IMG/VR virus record: IMGVR_UViG_3300037010_003043
Span: 6,132-70,131 of that record
Source: a virus
Strand: one strand, 5' to 3'
Length of the DNA stretch: 64,000 bases
In this document: positions 50,036 through 58,454 of the stretch, piece after piece
How the letters are laid out: the number at the start of each line of letters is the position of its first letter
Numbering within the stretch: the first letter of the stretch is position 1
The notes under the pieces: generated by a model
What the model saw: only the letters and a program-made list of their open reading frames with translations
The model's database searches: none
What the model was told of the DNA's origin: nothing
Made by a program: the position numbers and the translations under genes

Positions 50036-50082
50036 AAATTATATAAAATTATTGAAAATTAAAATAATTTTAATATATATTT

Positions 50083-50445
50083 TTAAATAAACTTGTCAAA
50101 AAATTTATAAATTGTTTCATCTGCTTTAAGTTCAAAATCTATTAAATTAAACGACGATACATATAAATTTAATTCTTTAAACAACATTCTTATATTATAA
50201 ATCGATTCTCTATTAATTTGATTCAAAAAATAAATAATAGTTTTGTATCTTTTGCGTTTATAAGCTAAAAGAATTTCATTAATTAAAATATTTTTTAAAA
50301 TAAATAAATCGTATTTATTAGTTGTATCTAATTTATTTTTTTCTATAATTTCACTTGGATTTATATAGTAAACCTCTTTTTTCAAAGAGGTTAAATAATG
50401 TTTTCTAATAATAGATTTGTTATTTTCTGTAATAAAAATTTCCAT
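50083..50445 (-). CDS. Hypothetical protein
   Basis: 120 aa ORF in a gene run. Confidence 0.55.
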   Translation of the reverse strand: MEIFITENNKSIIRKHYLTSLKKEVYYINPSEIIEKNKLDTTNKYDLFILKNILINEILLAYKRKRYKTIIYFLNQINRESIYNIRMLFKELNLYVSSFNLIDFELKADETIYKFFDKFI

Positions 50446-50447
50446 TT

Positions 50448-50888
50448 TTATTTATTTAAAATTTTATTGGCTCTTTTTTCAACTCTTTTCATATATTTAT
50501 TATACTCAATTTCGGCTTGCTCTTTACCAAAAATTTCATCTAATAAATTTCTGTATCTTGCATCATATATCTCCATTTGATGTCTATAATTATTATAATT
50601 ATTTTCATCATTATATCTTTTAATACTCCTACCAGCTTCAATTGCTTTGTTGACACGTTCAGACCAAACTTTAAAACTATGTCGTTCTTTATTATGTTGA
50701 ACTCTATATTTATTTGTAACTTTTATAGTGCCAATAAGCGTTTTAATTTCTATTTTTTCATCTTTTAATAACTGCTTTATAATTTTTCTACGTTCAGAAT
50801 GATTATAATGTTTTAAATCTTCTTCAGACGTGTTACCTGCATAATTTTCATTTTTAAAATATTGCTTTTGTTGTTTAAATTGTTTCAT
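50448..50888 (-). CDS. Hypothetical basic protein
   Basis: 146 aa; AAGGT upstream. Confidence 0.6.
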   Translation of the reverse strand: MKQFKQQKQYFKNENYAGNTSEEDLKHYNHSERRKIIKQLLKDEKIEIKTLIGTIKVTNKYRVQHNKERHSFKVWSERVNKAIEAGRSIKRYNDENNYNNYRHQMEIYDARYRNLLDEIFGKEQAEIEYNKYMKRVEKRANKILNK

Positions 50889-50899
50889 TTTAATACCTT

Positions 50900-51304
50900 T
50901 TAAAATTGTTTAAAAAATTTTTCATAATAAGCTAAAAAAATACCTTTAAGTAAAATATCCTTATAATTTTTTATTTCTGATATATTAATTAAATCTATAT
51001 TTTTAAAATAATCTTCATTTTTTGTAGACATCGAATAAAAATGAAAAATATTTTCAGTTTTAGATAAAAAATCTAAATTTAAATCAAATGTACCTAAAAA
51101 TTCTATTTCATCTAAATTTACAGGTATTTTATTTTTTTCTAAATATGATATTAATATATCAAATGAAATTTCAGAATCCTCAGGTTTTAATAAAATTGCA
51201 TTTTTTAATTTTACACCAATTTTATTAGGATTATCAAATTCATCTAATAATACTGGTAAAAAAATTACAAATTCTCTTTGAATATCAATTTTCTGTTGGC
51301 TCAT
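50900..51304 (-). CDS. Hypothetical protein
   Basis: 134 aa, overlaps the upstream gene. Confidence 0.55.
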   Translation of the reverse strand: MSQQKIDIQREFVIFLPVLLDEFDNPNKIGVKLKNAILLKPEDSEISFDILISYLEKNKIPVNLDEIEFLGTFDLNLDFLSKTENIFHFYSMSTKNEDYFKNIDLINISEIKNYKDILLKGIFLAYYEKFFKQF

Positions 51305-52076
51305 CTTGTTGTTTTATTTTATAGTACTCCGTAATAGCATCTTTTATGCTATTTTTAATATCTTCTAAATTATTAATTATTATAAAATTATATATTTTAT
51401 CTTCTAAATTTTCAAATTCAAAATTTTCTAAAATTGAATTTAAAACTATATTTTTAGGAATATTAAATAAAACATTCAAGTAAACTTCACTTTTTTTAAT
51501 TTTGCTAAATATTAAATTAAATGGATCATCTTTAAATTGATCATTTTTGATATTTTTATTTGTATTTATTGTTTTATTTTTTGATATATCTTCGATATTA
51601 GAAATATCTTTTTTATTTAAAACTTGTACATCATCTCCTAAAAAACCTAATCCCATTTTTCCAAATACTTCATGATATTCTGGTGCTTTATCTAATACTT
51701 TAAAATCTGTATTTTGTTTTATAACCTCGGATATAGGTTTATTTAAAATATCATCTTCAAGACCTTTTGTTTTATCGATAAAAGTATCGAATTCTTTCAT
51801 TTCTGTAACTAAAGTTTCTGTTGGCATTACAACTCCAGATTTAAAAACAACATAATATTTACTATTCTGTTCGGCTGTATGATCTACGACTTCAACAATA
51901 CCATATTTTTTTTCATCTAAATAAATAAATTTTTTATCTTTTAAACTATCTTCGTTTGGATCTAATTTTCTTACTTTTGTTTTTCCCGAAAAAGATGAAT
52001 TATTAAAACTATTATTTTCACTTGAAGCAGAAGAAGATAAATTTTTTAATGCATTTACTAAATTATTAAATTCCAA
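51285..52076 (-). CDS. Hypothetical protein
   Basis: 263 aa; TTG start with AGGAG RBS. Confidence 0.65.
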   Translation of the reverse strand: MEFNNLVNALKNLSSSASSENNSFNNSSFSGKTKVRKLDPNEDSLKDKKFIYLDEKKYGIVEVVDHTAEQNSKYYVVFKSGVVMPTETLVTEMKEFDTFIDKTKGLEDDILNKPISEVIKQNTDFKVLDKAPEYHEVFGKMGLGFLGDDVQVLNKKDISNIEDISKNKTINTNKNIKNDQFKDDPFNLIFSKIKKSEVYLNVLFNIPKNIVLNSILENFEFENLEDKIYNFIIINNLEDIKNSIKDAITEYYKIKQQDEPTEN

Positions 52077-52091
52077 TTTATACTCCTAAAA

Positions 52092-52111
52092 TTTAAATAT
52101 ATATATTTAAA
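52092..52111. promoter_or_regulatory. 20-bp perfect palindrome between divergent genes; putative bidirectional late promoter
   Basis: tttaaatatatatatttaaa, containing the AATATATA motif on both strands. Confidence 0.5.
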
Positions 52112-52127
52112 ATAAAAAACACTCATT

Positions 52128-53051
52128 ATGTGCACAATTGTAGCAGCAACTCAAAATAATAAACATTTTTTATTTAAAAATAGAGACAAAAAAAATTATG
52201 GAACATTAAAAATAAAGCATGAAATAGTTAAAAATGTTGAAATTGCTTATTTAACTGATCAAACAGGCTGGGTAGAAGGTATGAACGAATTTGGTATTGG
52301 ATTTATTTTTGCTTATTTAGAAAAAAAGGATTTTTCTAACGAAATGTATAAAATGGACTGGACTGTTACAGAAACACCCAAAACTCATATAAATAAAAAT
52401 TATAAATCTAAAATAGAAGATTTTAAAAAAATATTAACTTCTAAAACGTTAGAAGAAGCTAAAAATGTTATAATATCAAATAAATGGAATGGTAATTATT
52501 TTGTATCAGATAGTGAAAAAACATATGAAATAGAATGTTTTTTAGGTGAAATAAAATATCAAGAAGTAACATTTGATAAATTTATAAAATATAAAGTTAA
52601 AACAAATCATGGTATTTTAATACCTAACGCAGGCCATAAAAAAAATAGTCAATCTGTTGCTAGAGCTTCAACTGAAATAAGAAAACTGCAAGCTGAACAA
52701 CAATTAATGGGATTTAAAAATTTTTCCGATTTGATTCAAAGAATGGGCCAACAAACATACGATCAAAGAAGTTCATTAAATATGTTTAGAACAGATGATT
52801 ATGAAAGAACAGTAAGCCAAATGTTATTAAATTTAGATCAAAAAATATTAAATGTAATTATATATGAAGAAAACTCTGATTTTTTTGGTATAGAAAAACA
52901 AATACCCGAAAATAGAAATCCTAAAATCAAAATTATTATTAGAAAAAAGGAAGAATTTGAAAAAGATGAATTTTTAAACTTTAAAATGAAAGAAGAAGAT
53001 TTATTTTTTCAATGGAAAAATTTAAAACATTCAAAAGGTGAAAATTTTTAA
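52128..53051 (+). CDS. Ntn-hydrolase (N-terminal Cys; C45/choloylglycine hydrolase-like)
   Basis: M-C-T start, KNRD, GW.EGMNE.GI, TNHG. Confidence 0.75.
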   Translation: MCTIVAATQNNKHFLFKNRDKKNYGTLKIKHEIVKNVEIAYLTDQTGWVEGMNEFGIGFIFAYLEKKDFSNEMYKMDWTVTETPKTHINKNYKSKIEDFKKILTSKTLEEAKNVIISNKWNGNYFVSDSEKTYEIECFLGEIKYQEVTFDKFIKYKVKTNHGILIPNAGHKKNSQSVARASTEIRKLQAEQQLMGFKNFSDLIQRMGQQTYDQRSSLNMFRTDDYERTVSQMLLNLDQKILNVIIYEENSDFFGIEKQIPENRNPKIKIIIRKKEEFEKDEFLNFKMKEEDLFFQWKNLKHSKGENF

Positions 53052-53362
53052 AATATTATGTAAGGTTTAAATAAATCAATGTACTTGATCATCCAATTTT
53101 CTTTTTCATCAGTATAGTACCAATCAACTATATCTAATCTTAATTGTATTAATACTTTTTGAAATTGAATTTTATAATCAGAACCAGTATCCGATAAAAC
53201 TATTTTATAAGGAATTTTAAATTTATAAGATTCTACATTTTTTAAATACCAAACTAAATAATTTTCATTATATAGTTTAACTATAGCATATAAAATAGTA
53301 ATAGGATTTTTCCAACCAGACACAATTATATCAACTTTTTTATATAGATGATCATCGATCAT
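53048..53362 (-). CDS. Hypothetical protein
   Basis: 104 aa, downstream of the CHAP gene. Confidence 0.6.
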   Translation of the reverse strand: MIDDHLYKKVDIIVSGWKNPITILYAIVKLYNENYLVWYLKNVESYKFKIPYKIVLSDTGSDYKIQFQKVLIQLRLDIVDWYYTDEKENWMIKYIDLFKPYIIF

Positions 53363-53365
53363 ATT

Positions 53366-53932
53366 TTATTTGTTTGTTTGTGCTTTAAAACCAACTAATC
53401 CTCTTACTTTTAATCGTCCTATAGGATTTGTTATAGAACGAGATTTTTTTGCAACCATACCACCGGTTCTAATTGTATTAGAACCGGTATTACCTTCAAT
53501 TGTAATTACTCCTGTTTGCCATACTCCAACGACTAATCCAATATGTCCGTATACTTCATTTGCAACTTTCCAAATGATATAGTCACCTTCTTGGACATTA
53601 TATTTTGTTTTAATACCGTTTTTTATTGCATAATTATATAAATAATTAGCGATAGCAGAATTAGGATATGGATTTTTTTGTTTTAATCTTTTAGATGCTT
53701 GATTGGAAACATAATATTGAAAAGCACTACACCAAGCATCATGTCTCGATATTCCAACAGATTTTTGATATTCATATATTCTATCTGGATTATTTTCTTC
53801 TGTTATTCCAATTTCTTTATTAGCAATATCAATTCTTAATTGTACACTTGAATATAATTCAGGTAATTCATATCGTTGCTGCGAATAACTTGTTGATATT
53901 ATTAAAAATAAAAATATAAATAAATATTTCAT
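53366..53932 (-). CDS. CHAP-domain amidase (putative endolysin) with signal peptide
   Basis: AWCSAF (Cys), GD..IW, GHIGLV (His), TIEGNT; MKYLFIFLFLIISTSYS-Q leader. Confidence 0.85.
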   Translation of the reverse strand: MKYLFIFLFLIISTSYSQQRYELPELYSSVQLRIDIANKEIGITEENNPDRIYEYQKSVGISRHDAWCSAFQYYVSNQASKRLKQKNPYPNSAIANYLYNYAIKNGIKTKYNVQEGDYIIWKVANEVYGHIGLVVGVWQTGVITIEGNTGSNTIRTGGMVAKKSRSITNPIGRLKVRGLVGFKAQTNK

Positions 53933-53946
53933 TTTTAAATGTTTTT

Positions 53947-54285
53947 TTATAAAACTTCTAATTGTAATATGAAAAATGTGCCTGCAACTAATACATGAAC
54001 ACCTAAAAATATTAATCCTGTTATAATCGACGCTCCTAATTGTTCAGATGTATTTACTGTTCCATCATCACCGCTATACATTTTTTTAATAAAATTTACT
54101 TTAGTATACGCAAACAATGCTAATCCAGACATACCTACAGCCATACCTTCAAGTACAGTAATAATAAGAAATTTACCAATCAATTCACGTGTAGGTTGAA
54201 TAAAATAACCTGCAACCAAAATTAAAGCAACCCATACTAAATGCCTTAATAACCAATTTCCAACTATTTTTAATTGTTCTTTCAT
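53947..54285 (-). CDS. Holin-like membrane protein (3 TM)
   Basis: Three hydrophobic segments; directly upstream of the CHAP amidase. Confidence 0.55.
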   Translation of the reverse strand: MKEQLKIVGNWLLRHLVWVALILVAGYFIQPTRELIGKFLIITVLEGMAVGMSGLALFAYTKVNFIKKMYSGDDGTVNTSEQLGASIITGLIFLGVHVLVAGTFFILQLEVL

Positions 54286-54310
54286 TTTAATTCCTTAATT
54301 TTTAAAAAAA

Positions 54311-54481
54311 TTATTTAGTTTCATTTGTTTTTTCATCTGTATTTGTTTCAATTATGAAAAAATCAACAGCATCTGAAACAAGTCTTGCTTCTTTTAAATT
54401 AAAAACACCAGCTTTTTGCGCCAATTGAACAGCTTGTATTAAAACTTCTAATGCAGTTTTTGCATCTTTTATTTCTGACAT
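54311..54481 (-). CDS. Small helical protein (56 aa) absent from the ORF track
   Basis: MSEIKDAKTALEVLIQAVQLAQKAGVFNLKEARLVSDAVDFFIIETNTDEKTNETK; GGAG RBS. Confidence 0.75.
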   Translation of the reverse strand: MSEIKDAKTALEVLIQAVQLAQKAGVFNLKEARLVSDAVDFFIIETNTDEKTNETK

Positions 54482-54511
54482 AAAAAATTCTCCATTTAAA
54501 TTTAAATACTT

Positions 54512-55534
54512 TTATTTATTTATGTTTAAAATTCGTTTAATAGCATCAGCGATTTCATTTTCATTTTTTAATTCCATAAATTCATCACCTAAAAAACCAT
54601 CAGAAGATTCTAAACTAAAGATAAATGAATCATCATATCCAAAAATTTTCTTTGCTTCTACAGAATTTAAAATTGCTACTAATTTTAATGGAGTTCCTTT
54701 AATAGATGTATAAACGTAAATTGATGTAGCGTTAGGTTTTCTATCAGTAAAATAATCTAATAACACTCCAGTTTTTTGTCCAGCTAAATTTATAGCAGCA
54801 TCTGAAATTTTCCAAATCATTTCTAAATCCTTTTGATAATTTGCATATGTTGAATAAATAGATTGTCCAAGTTCAATATTAACAGAAGCAACTTTTATTG
54901 CCTCGCCTTCAATTAAATTATCTTCTGACTCTAAAACTTTATCGATATTTCCTTTAGGAACTGGTAATATAACTAACTCAGTTTTATTAATAAATTCTAA
55001 AAGAATATAAATATAAGAACCTATTTTTTCTAATAAATAATTTAAATATTCTGTAAAAATTGCTTTACCTTCCGGTGATAATTTATCTTCTTCGTTTTCA
55101 AAAAACATATTTTCAATCGAACTAGAAGCTTGATAAGCATCTTCTTTAGAAGCTCCTAAATAAATCATCATTTTATTACAATCATTCAATAAAGTTCCTT
55201 CGACTATTTCAAATATATCTACTGAAGATGCTTCAACTATTACCTTTAATTTAGATAACAATTCAGAATTATTTCTAGCTAAAATAGCATTTTGATATAT
55301 TCTTGTCAAATAAGACAATCTTGCAGAATTAATTTTATAATCCTTGGCATATTTTTTAATTAAATCGTAATCTAACCAAAGAATATCAGAATTTGATGCT
55401 TGAATTTCAAATTCATTATTTTTTAAAATAGCACTAACTTTATGAAAACCTGGAATATCAAATATATCATAATTTAATTTTTCTAATAAATTTTGATATT
55501 CTTTAAGTTCATCAACATTTTTAACATAATTCAT
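54512..55534 (-). CDS. Hypothetical protein, possibly head-packaged
   Basis: 340 aa; N-terminal LKEYQNLLE; AATATATAAA at 55566..55575 upstream. Confidence 0.6.
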   Translation of the reverse strand: MNYVKNVDELKEYQNLLEKLNYDIFDIPGFHKVSAILKNNEFEIQASNSDILWLDYDLIKKYAKDYKINSARLSYLTRIYQNAILARNNSELLSKLKVIVEASSVDIFEIVEGTLLNDCNKMMIYLGASKEDAYQASSSIENMFFENEEDKLSPEGKAIFTEYLNYLLEKIGSYIYILLEFINKTELVILPVPKGNIDKVLESEDNLIEGEAIKVASVNIELGQSIYSTYANYQKDLEMIWKISDAAINLAGQKTGVLLDYFTDRKPNATSIYVYTSIKGTPLKLVAILNSVEAKKIFGYDDSFIFSLESSDGFLGDEFMELKNENEIADAIKRILNINK

Positions 55535-55688
55535 AATTTTTCCAAATTTTTTTTAATATTCTTAATTTATATATTGTTTTTAAATGAAACGAAATTAACT
55601 ACTTTTTATATCATTTTCAAAAAATTCTTGAAAAGTTTTTATTTCAGTTATTTGCATTTGTATTTTATTTTTGTATTTTATTTATATT

Positions 55689-56225
55689 TTATTTTTCATC
55701 TTCCTTTTTTTTACCCTTTTTTAATTCTTTCATATGTTTTTCAAATTCAGCTAAAGCAGCTTTCATAGCTAAATTTTTTGCTTCAGCTGCCATTTCAGTA
55801 GCTTTTAAAGTTAATTTATCACTAGCTGCCGCAGCTGCTAACATTTGTTGTTCTATTGTATCTGCTCTTAATTGAGCATTAGCAACTTGTATTGCAGAAC
55901 TTGCTGTAAATGTCGCTATACTAGGATTATTTGGATCGTCGTTTGTCATTTTATCAATAACTTTATCAACTTCAGTTTGCATCATAAGTGCTTTATATTG
56001 AGCATTATATAATTCTTTTGCTAATCCATTAACAATAGCTTCTTTAGATAATTGCGATTTATCAATTGTTTTTTCACCAGTTTTTTTATCTTTTTCTGGA
56101 TATATAGTAACTTTATCTTCTTTTGAATCAGAAAAATCAGAACTTGTGTCTATAGTAATTTTACCTTTTTTTGAATTAGAATCTTCAAAAACATTTATAA
56201 ATTCATTAAAATTTAATATTTTCAT
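55689..56225 (-). CDS. Putative internal head protein
   Basis: MKILNFNEFINVFE leader; Ala-rich coiled coil; late-promoter-like motif upstream. Confidence 0.55.
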   Translation of the reverse strand: MKILNFNEFINVFEDSNSKKGKITIDTSSDFSDSKEDKVTIYPEKDKKTGEKTIDKSQLSKEAIVNGLAKELYNAQYKALMMQTEVDKVIDKMTNDDPNNPSIATFTASSAIQVANAQLRADTIEQQMLAAAAASDKLTLKATEMAAEAKNLAMKAALAEFEKHMKELKKGKKKEDEK

Positions 56226-56241
56226 TGATAAAAAAATTCTT

Positions 56242-56253
56242 TATTTATATATC
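56242..56253 (-). promoter_or_regulatory. Putative late promoter GATATATAAATA
   Basis: Contains TATAAATA; abuts a terminator; 16 nt before the ATG. Confidence 0.55.
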
Positions 56254-56285
56254 AAAAAAATAGAGGATATTTTTATCCTCTATTT
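56254..56285 (-). terminator. Intrinsic terminator
   Basis: aaatagaggata-tttt-tatcctctattt 12-bp stem, followed by a U-run on the minus strand. Confidence 0.75.
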
Positions 56286-56327
56286 ATAATGACTAAAATA
56301 CAAATCTAGTATTTTAAAAAAATACTT

Positions 56328-56543
56328 TTATTTCTCTACTTTTTCTTTAGATTTTTTAAAAGTTTTTGCAATTTCTACTGATTTCTTTTTATAATCAGTA
56401 ATTATTTTTTTTAATTGATTAATCGCACCTCTTGCACGAACACCTGCTGCAGCATTAGATTTTTCTACAAATTTTTCATGTTCAGTTTTAAAAGTTTCAA
56501 TCAACTCTGTCATTTCATCGTAAAGATTATTAAAATCTTTCAT
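56328..56543 (-). CDS. Histone H1-like (Hc1-family) nucleoid protein
   Basis: KFVEKSNAAAGVRARGAINQLKKIITDYKKKSVE matches the N-x-AAG-x-RAR pattern of Hc1-type proteins. Confidence 0.75.
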   Translation of the reverse strand: MKDFNNLYDEMTELIETFKTEHEKFVEKSNAAAGVRARGAINQLKKIITDYKKKSVEIAKTFKKSKEKVEK

Positions 56544-56609
56544 TTTTAACTCCCAAGAATTTTAAATTTAAAAATAGTTTAATAATTTAATATTTTATAT
56601 ATATTGAAT

Positions 56610-56921
56610 TTATTTTTGTTTTTGTTCTTTTTTATTCTTTTTTTGTTCTTTTAGTTTAATTTTTAATTCTTTTTTTTCTTCTATAAGATTTTTTAAAATT
56701 AATTCATCAGCGGGTGTTTTTTTGTAATTAATGTAAAATTCAAACATTCCTGATATAGGATTGTTTATAGCAACTAATTTAAAATGATTTGACACTTCAT
56801 TTATTTCTTTAATTTCAGATTCTGACATATAAGCAACTTGTTGTTTCGAATCTGCATTTTTTGAAATATAAATTTTATAACCTTTTTCTTTTTCTATTTT
56901 AAATGCATCGTTTATAATCAT
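56610..56921 (-). CDS. Hypothetical protein
   Basis: 103 aa, Lys-rich C-terminus; start overlaps the upstream stop. Confidence 0.55.
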   Translation of the reverse strand: MIINDAFKIEKEKGYKIYISKNADSKQQVAYMSESEIKEINEVSNHFKLVAINNPISGMFEFYINYKKTPADELILKNLIEEKKELKIKLKEQKKNKKEQKQK

Positions 56922-58264
56922 AAATTTGCCTCTTTTAGTTTATCTTTTAAAAAATTACTTATTGTTCCTAAAATTTTTAATTCTGATAGCAAACCAAAAT
57001 TACCTTTAAATCTTATTCGAATATCCGCTAATTGATTATCGTCTAAAAACAATCCAACTTTTATTGACGATGTGTTATCTTTAATTTTATCGACATCTTC
57101 AACATTATCATCTAATTCAACATTTAAAAATTTTATATCTAATTTACTTTTATTTATTTTATTTAAAAATTCAAAAATTGTTCTATATTTTATTATATTA
57201 CCTATTTTTATTTTTTCATTAGTAGTATTATAACTTGTTAACAATATAAAATCAAAATCAAATCCTTTTTTACTAAAATCTTCAGCCGCTATTTTTATTT
57301 TAAATATAGCATTATATATTGTTTCTAAAAAAGAAATTTTTATATTTTCATCTTCAAATACTTTAAATAATTTATCATAAAATATATTTTTTTTATTACT
57401 TAATGCTTTATTTATTAATATTCTAATTAATGAAACTATATAATAATTACTATCTTTATTAGGTTTTTTAAAAAACTTATTTAATTCATCTTTTTTATTA
57501 CTAAATTTATCTTCAAATTCTTTTTTATAATCTATAGGAAATATTACTTTTTTACCTTTTTCGGTAAAGAAATATTTAAAATTATTTATTTTATTAGATT
57601 CTGGTAATATTGTTTTTAAATAATCTATTATTTCTTTAGTTTCTTGTTCAAAAAACTCCAACATAATATTTTGTAAATCATCTTTAACATCCTTTGTTAA
57701 TATTTTTGAAAAACTTTGATTTATAGCTGTAGGATCTACTGATAATTCATGAGGTTTTATTTTTAAAGATATACCAAGAAATTTATTTTCAGAATATTCG
57801 ATAACCAAATCAGATGAATTATAATTTTTTCCGCCTATTTTGTCTAAACCAAACTCTTTTAATCTTGTAGGCCAAATTCTACCCGTTCTCCAAATATTAA
57901 TAAAATTTTTATTTTTATATTCGTCCTTTAAATATTTTTCGATTGCTTTAGCTGCAGAAAAAGCAGCAATTATCGAAGATTCTTTTTTAAGAAGCTCATC
58001 GCTATCACCTTTTTGATATAACATTGTATCGGTTTGAGATTTTAGTAATTCAATAATTTCTTTAATTTCTTTTATTTTAAAAGCATCAAAGTTTTTTTGT
58101 TTTACTTCAAATGGAAGTTTATCTGGTATTTTAGATTTTTTATAATATAGTAATATAGCTCCAGTTAAACCCTCTATTACTTCTCCTGCAGAAATCATTT
58201 CTTCTTCCAATTTATTGTTATTGTTAGATTTTTCAATTAAAAACTTTTTGAACGAAAGTAACAC
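56918..58264 (-). CDS. Putative PD-(D/E)xK-variant nuclease with capsid-targeting-like leader
   Basis: YNSSDLV...FLGISLK...PTAIN, IRFKG; N-terminus LSFKKFLIE. Confidence 0.5.
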   Translation of the reverse strand: MLLSFKKFLIEKSNNNNKLEEEMISAGEVIEGLTGAILLYYKKSKIPDKLPFEVKQKNFDAFKIKEIKEIIELLKSQTDTMLYQKGDSDELLKKESSIIAAFSAAKAIEKYLKDEYKNKNFINIWRTGRIWPTRLKEFGLDKIGGKNYNSSDLVIEYSENKFLGISLKIKPHELSVDPTAINQSFSKILTKDVKDDLQNIMLEFFEQETKEIIDYLKTILPESNKINNFKYFFTEKGKKVIFPIDYKKEFEDKFSNKKDELNKFFKKPNKDSNYYIVSLIRILINKALSNKKNIFYDKLFKVFEDENIKISFLETIYNAIFKIKIAAEDFSKKGFDFDFILLTSYNTTNEKIKIGNIIKYRTIFEFLNKINKSKLDIKFLNVELDDNVEDVDKIKDNTSSIKVGLFLDDNQLADIRIRFKGNFGLLSELKILGTISNFLKDKLKEANL

Positions 58265-58331
58265 ATTTTTTTTTATTTTATATATTATATTTTAAAATTG
58301 TTTAAAAACAAAAGGAAGTATAAATCTTCTT

Positions 58332-58454
58332 TTAAAAAAAATCTATTTCAAAATCTGAATTTGAAGTAAAATTTAGTAATAATTGTTTCATATCATCTTT
58401 TAATTGACCAATAAATAATTTCTTTCTGTATTTACATATAAATATTAAATATTT
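58332..58454 (-). pseudogene. tnpA: Relic of an IS200/IS605-family Y1 transposase (N-terminal fragment)
   Basis: Frame reads KYLIFICKYRKKLFIGQLKDDMKQLLLNFTSNSDFEIDFF*; no start; stops before the HUH motif. Confidence 0.7.

Noticed and set aside
50083-51304. Degenerate P-loop kinase (50083) and NUDIX (50900) assignments
   Set aside because: Only vague resemblance; no Walker A or NUDIX box visible
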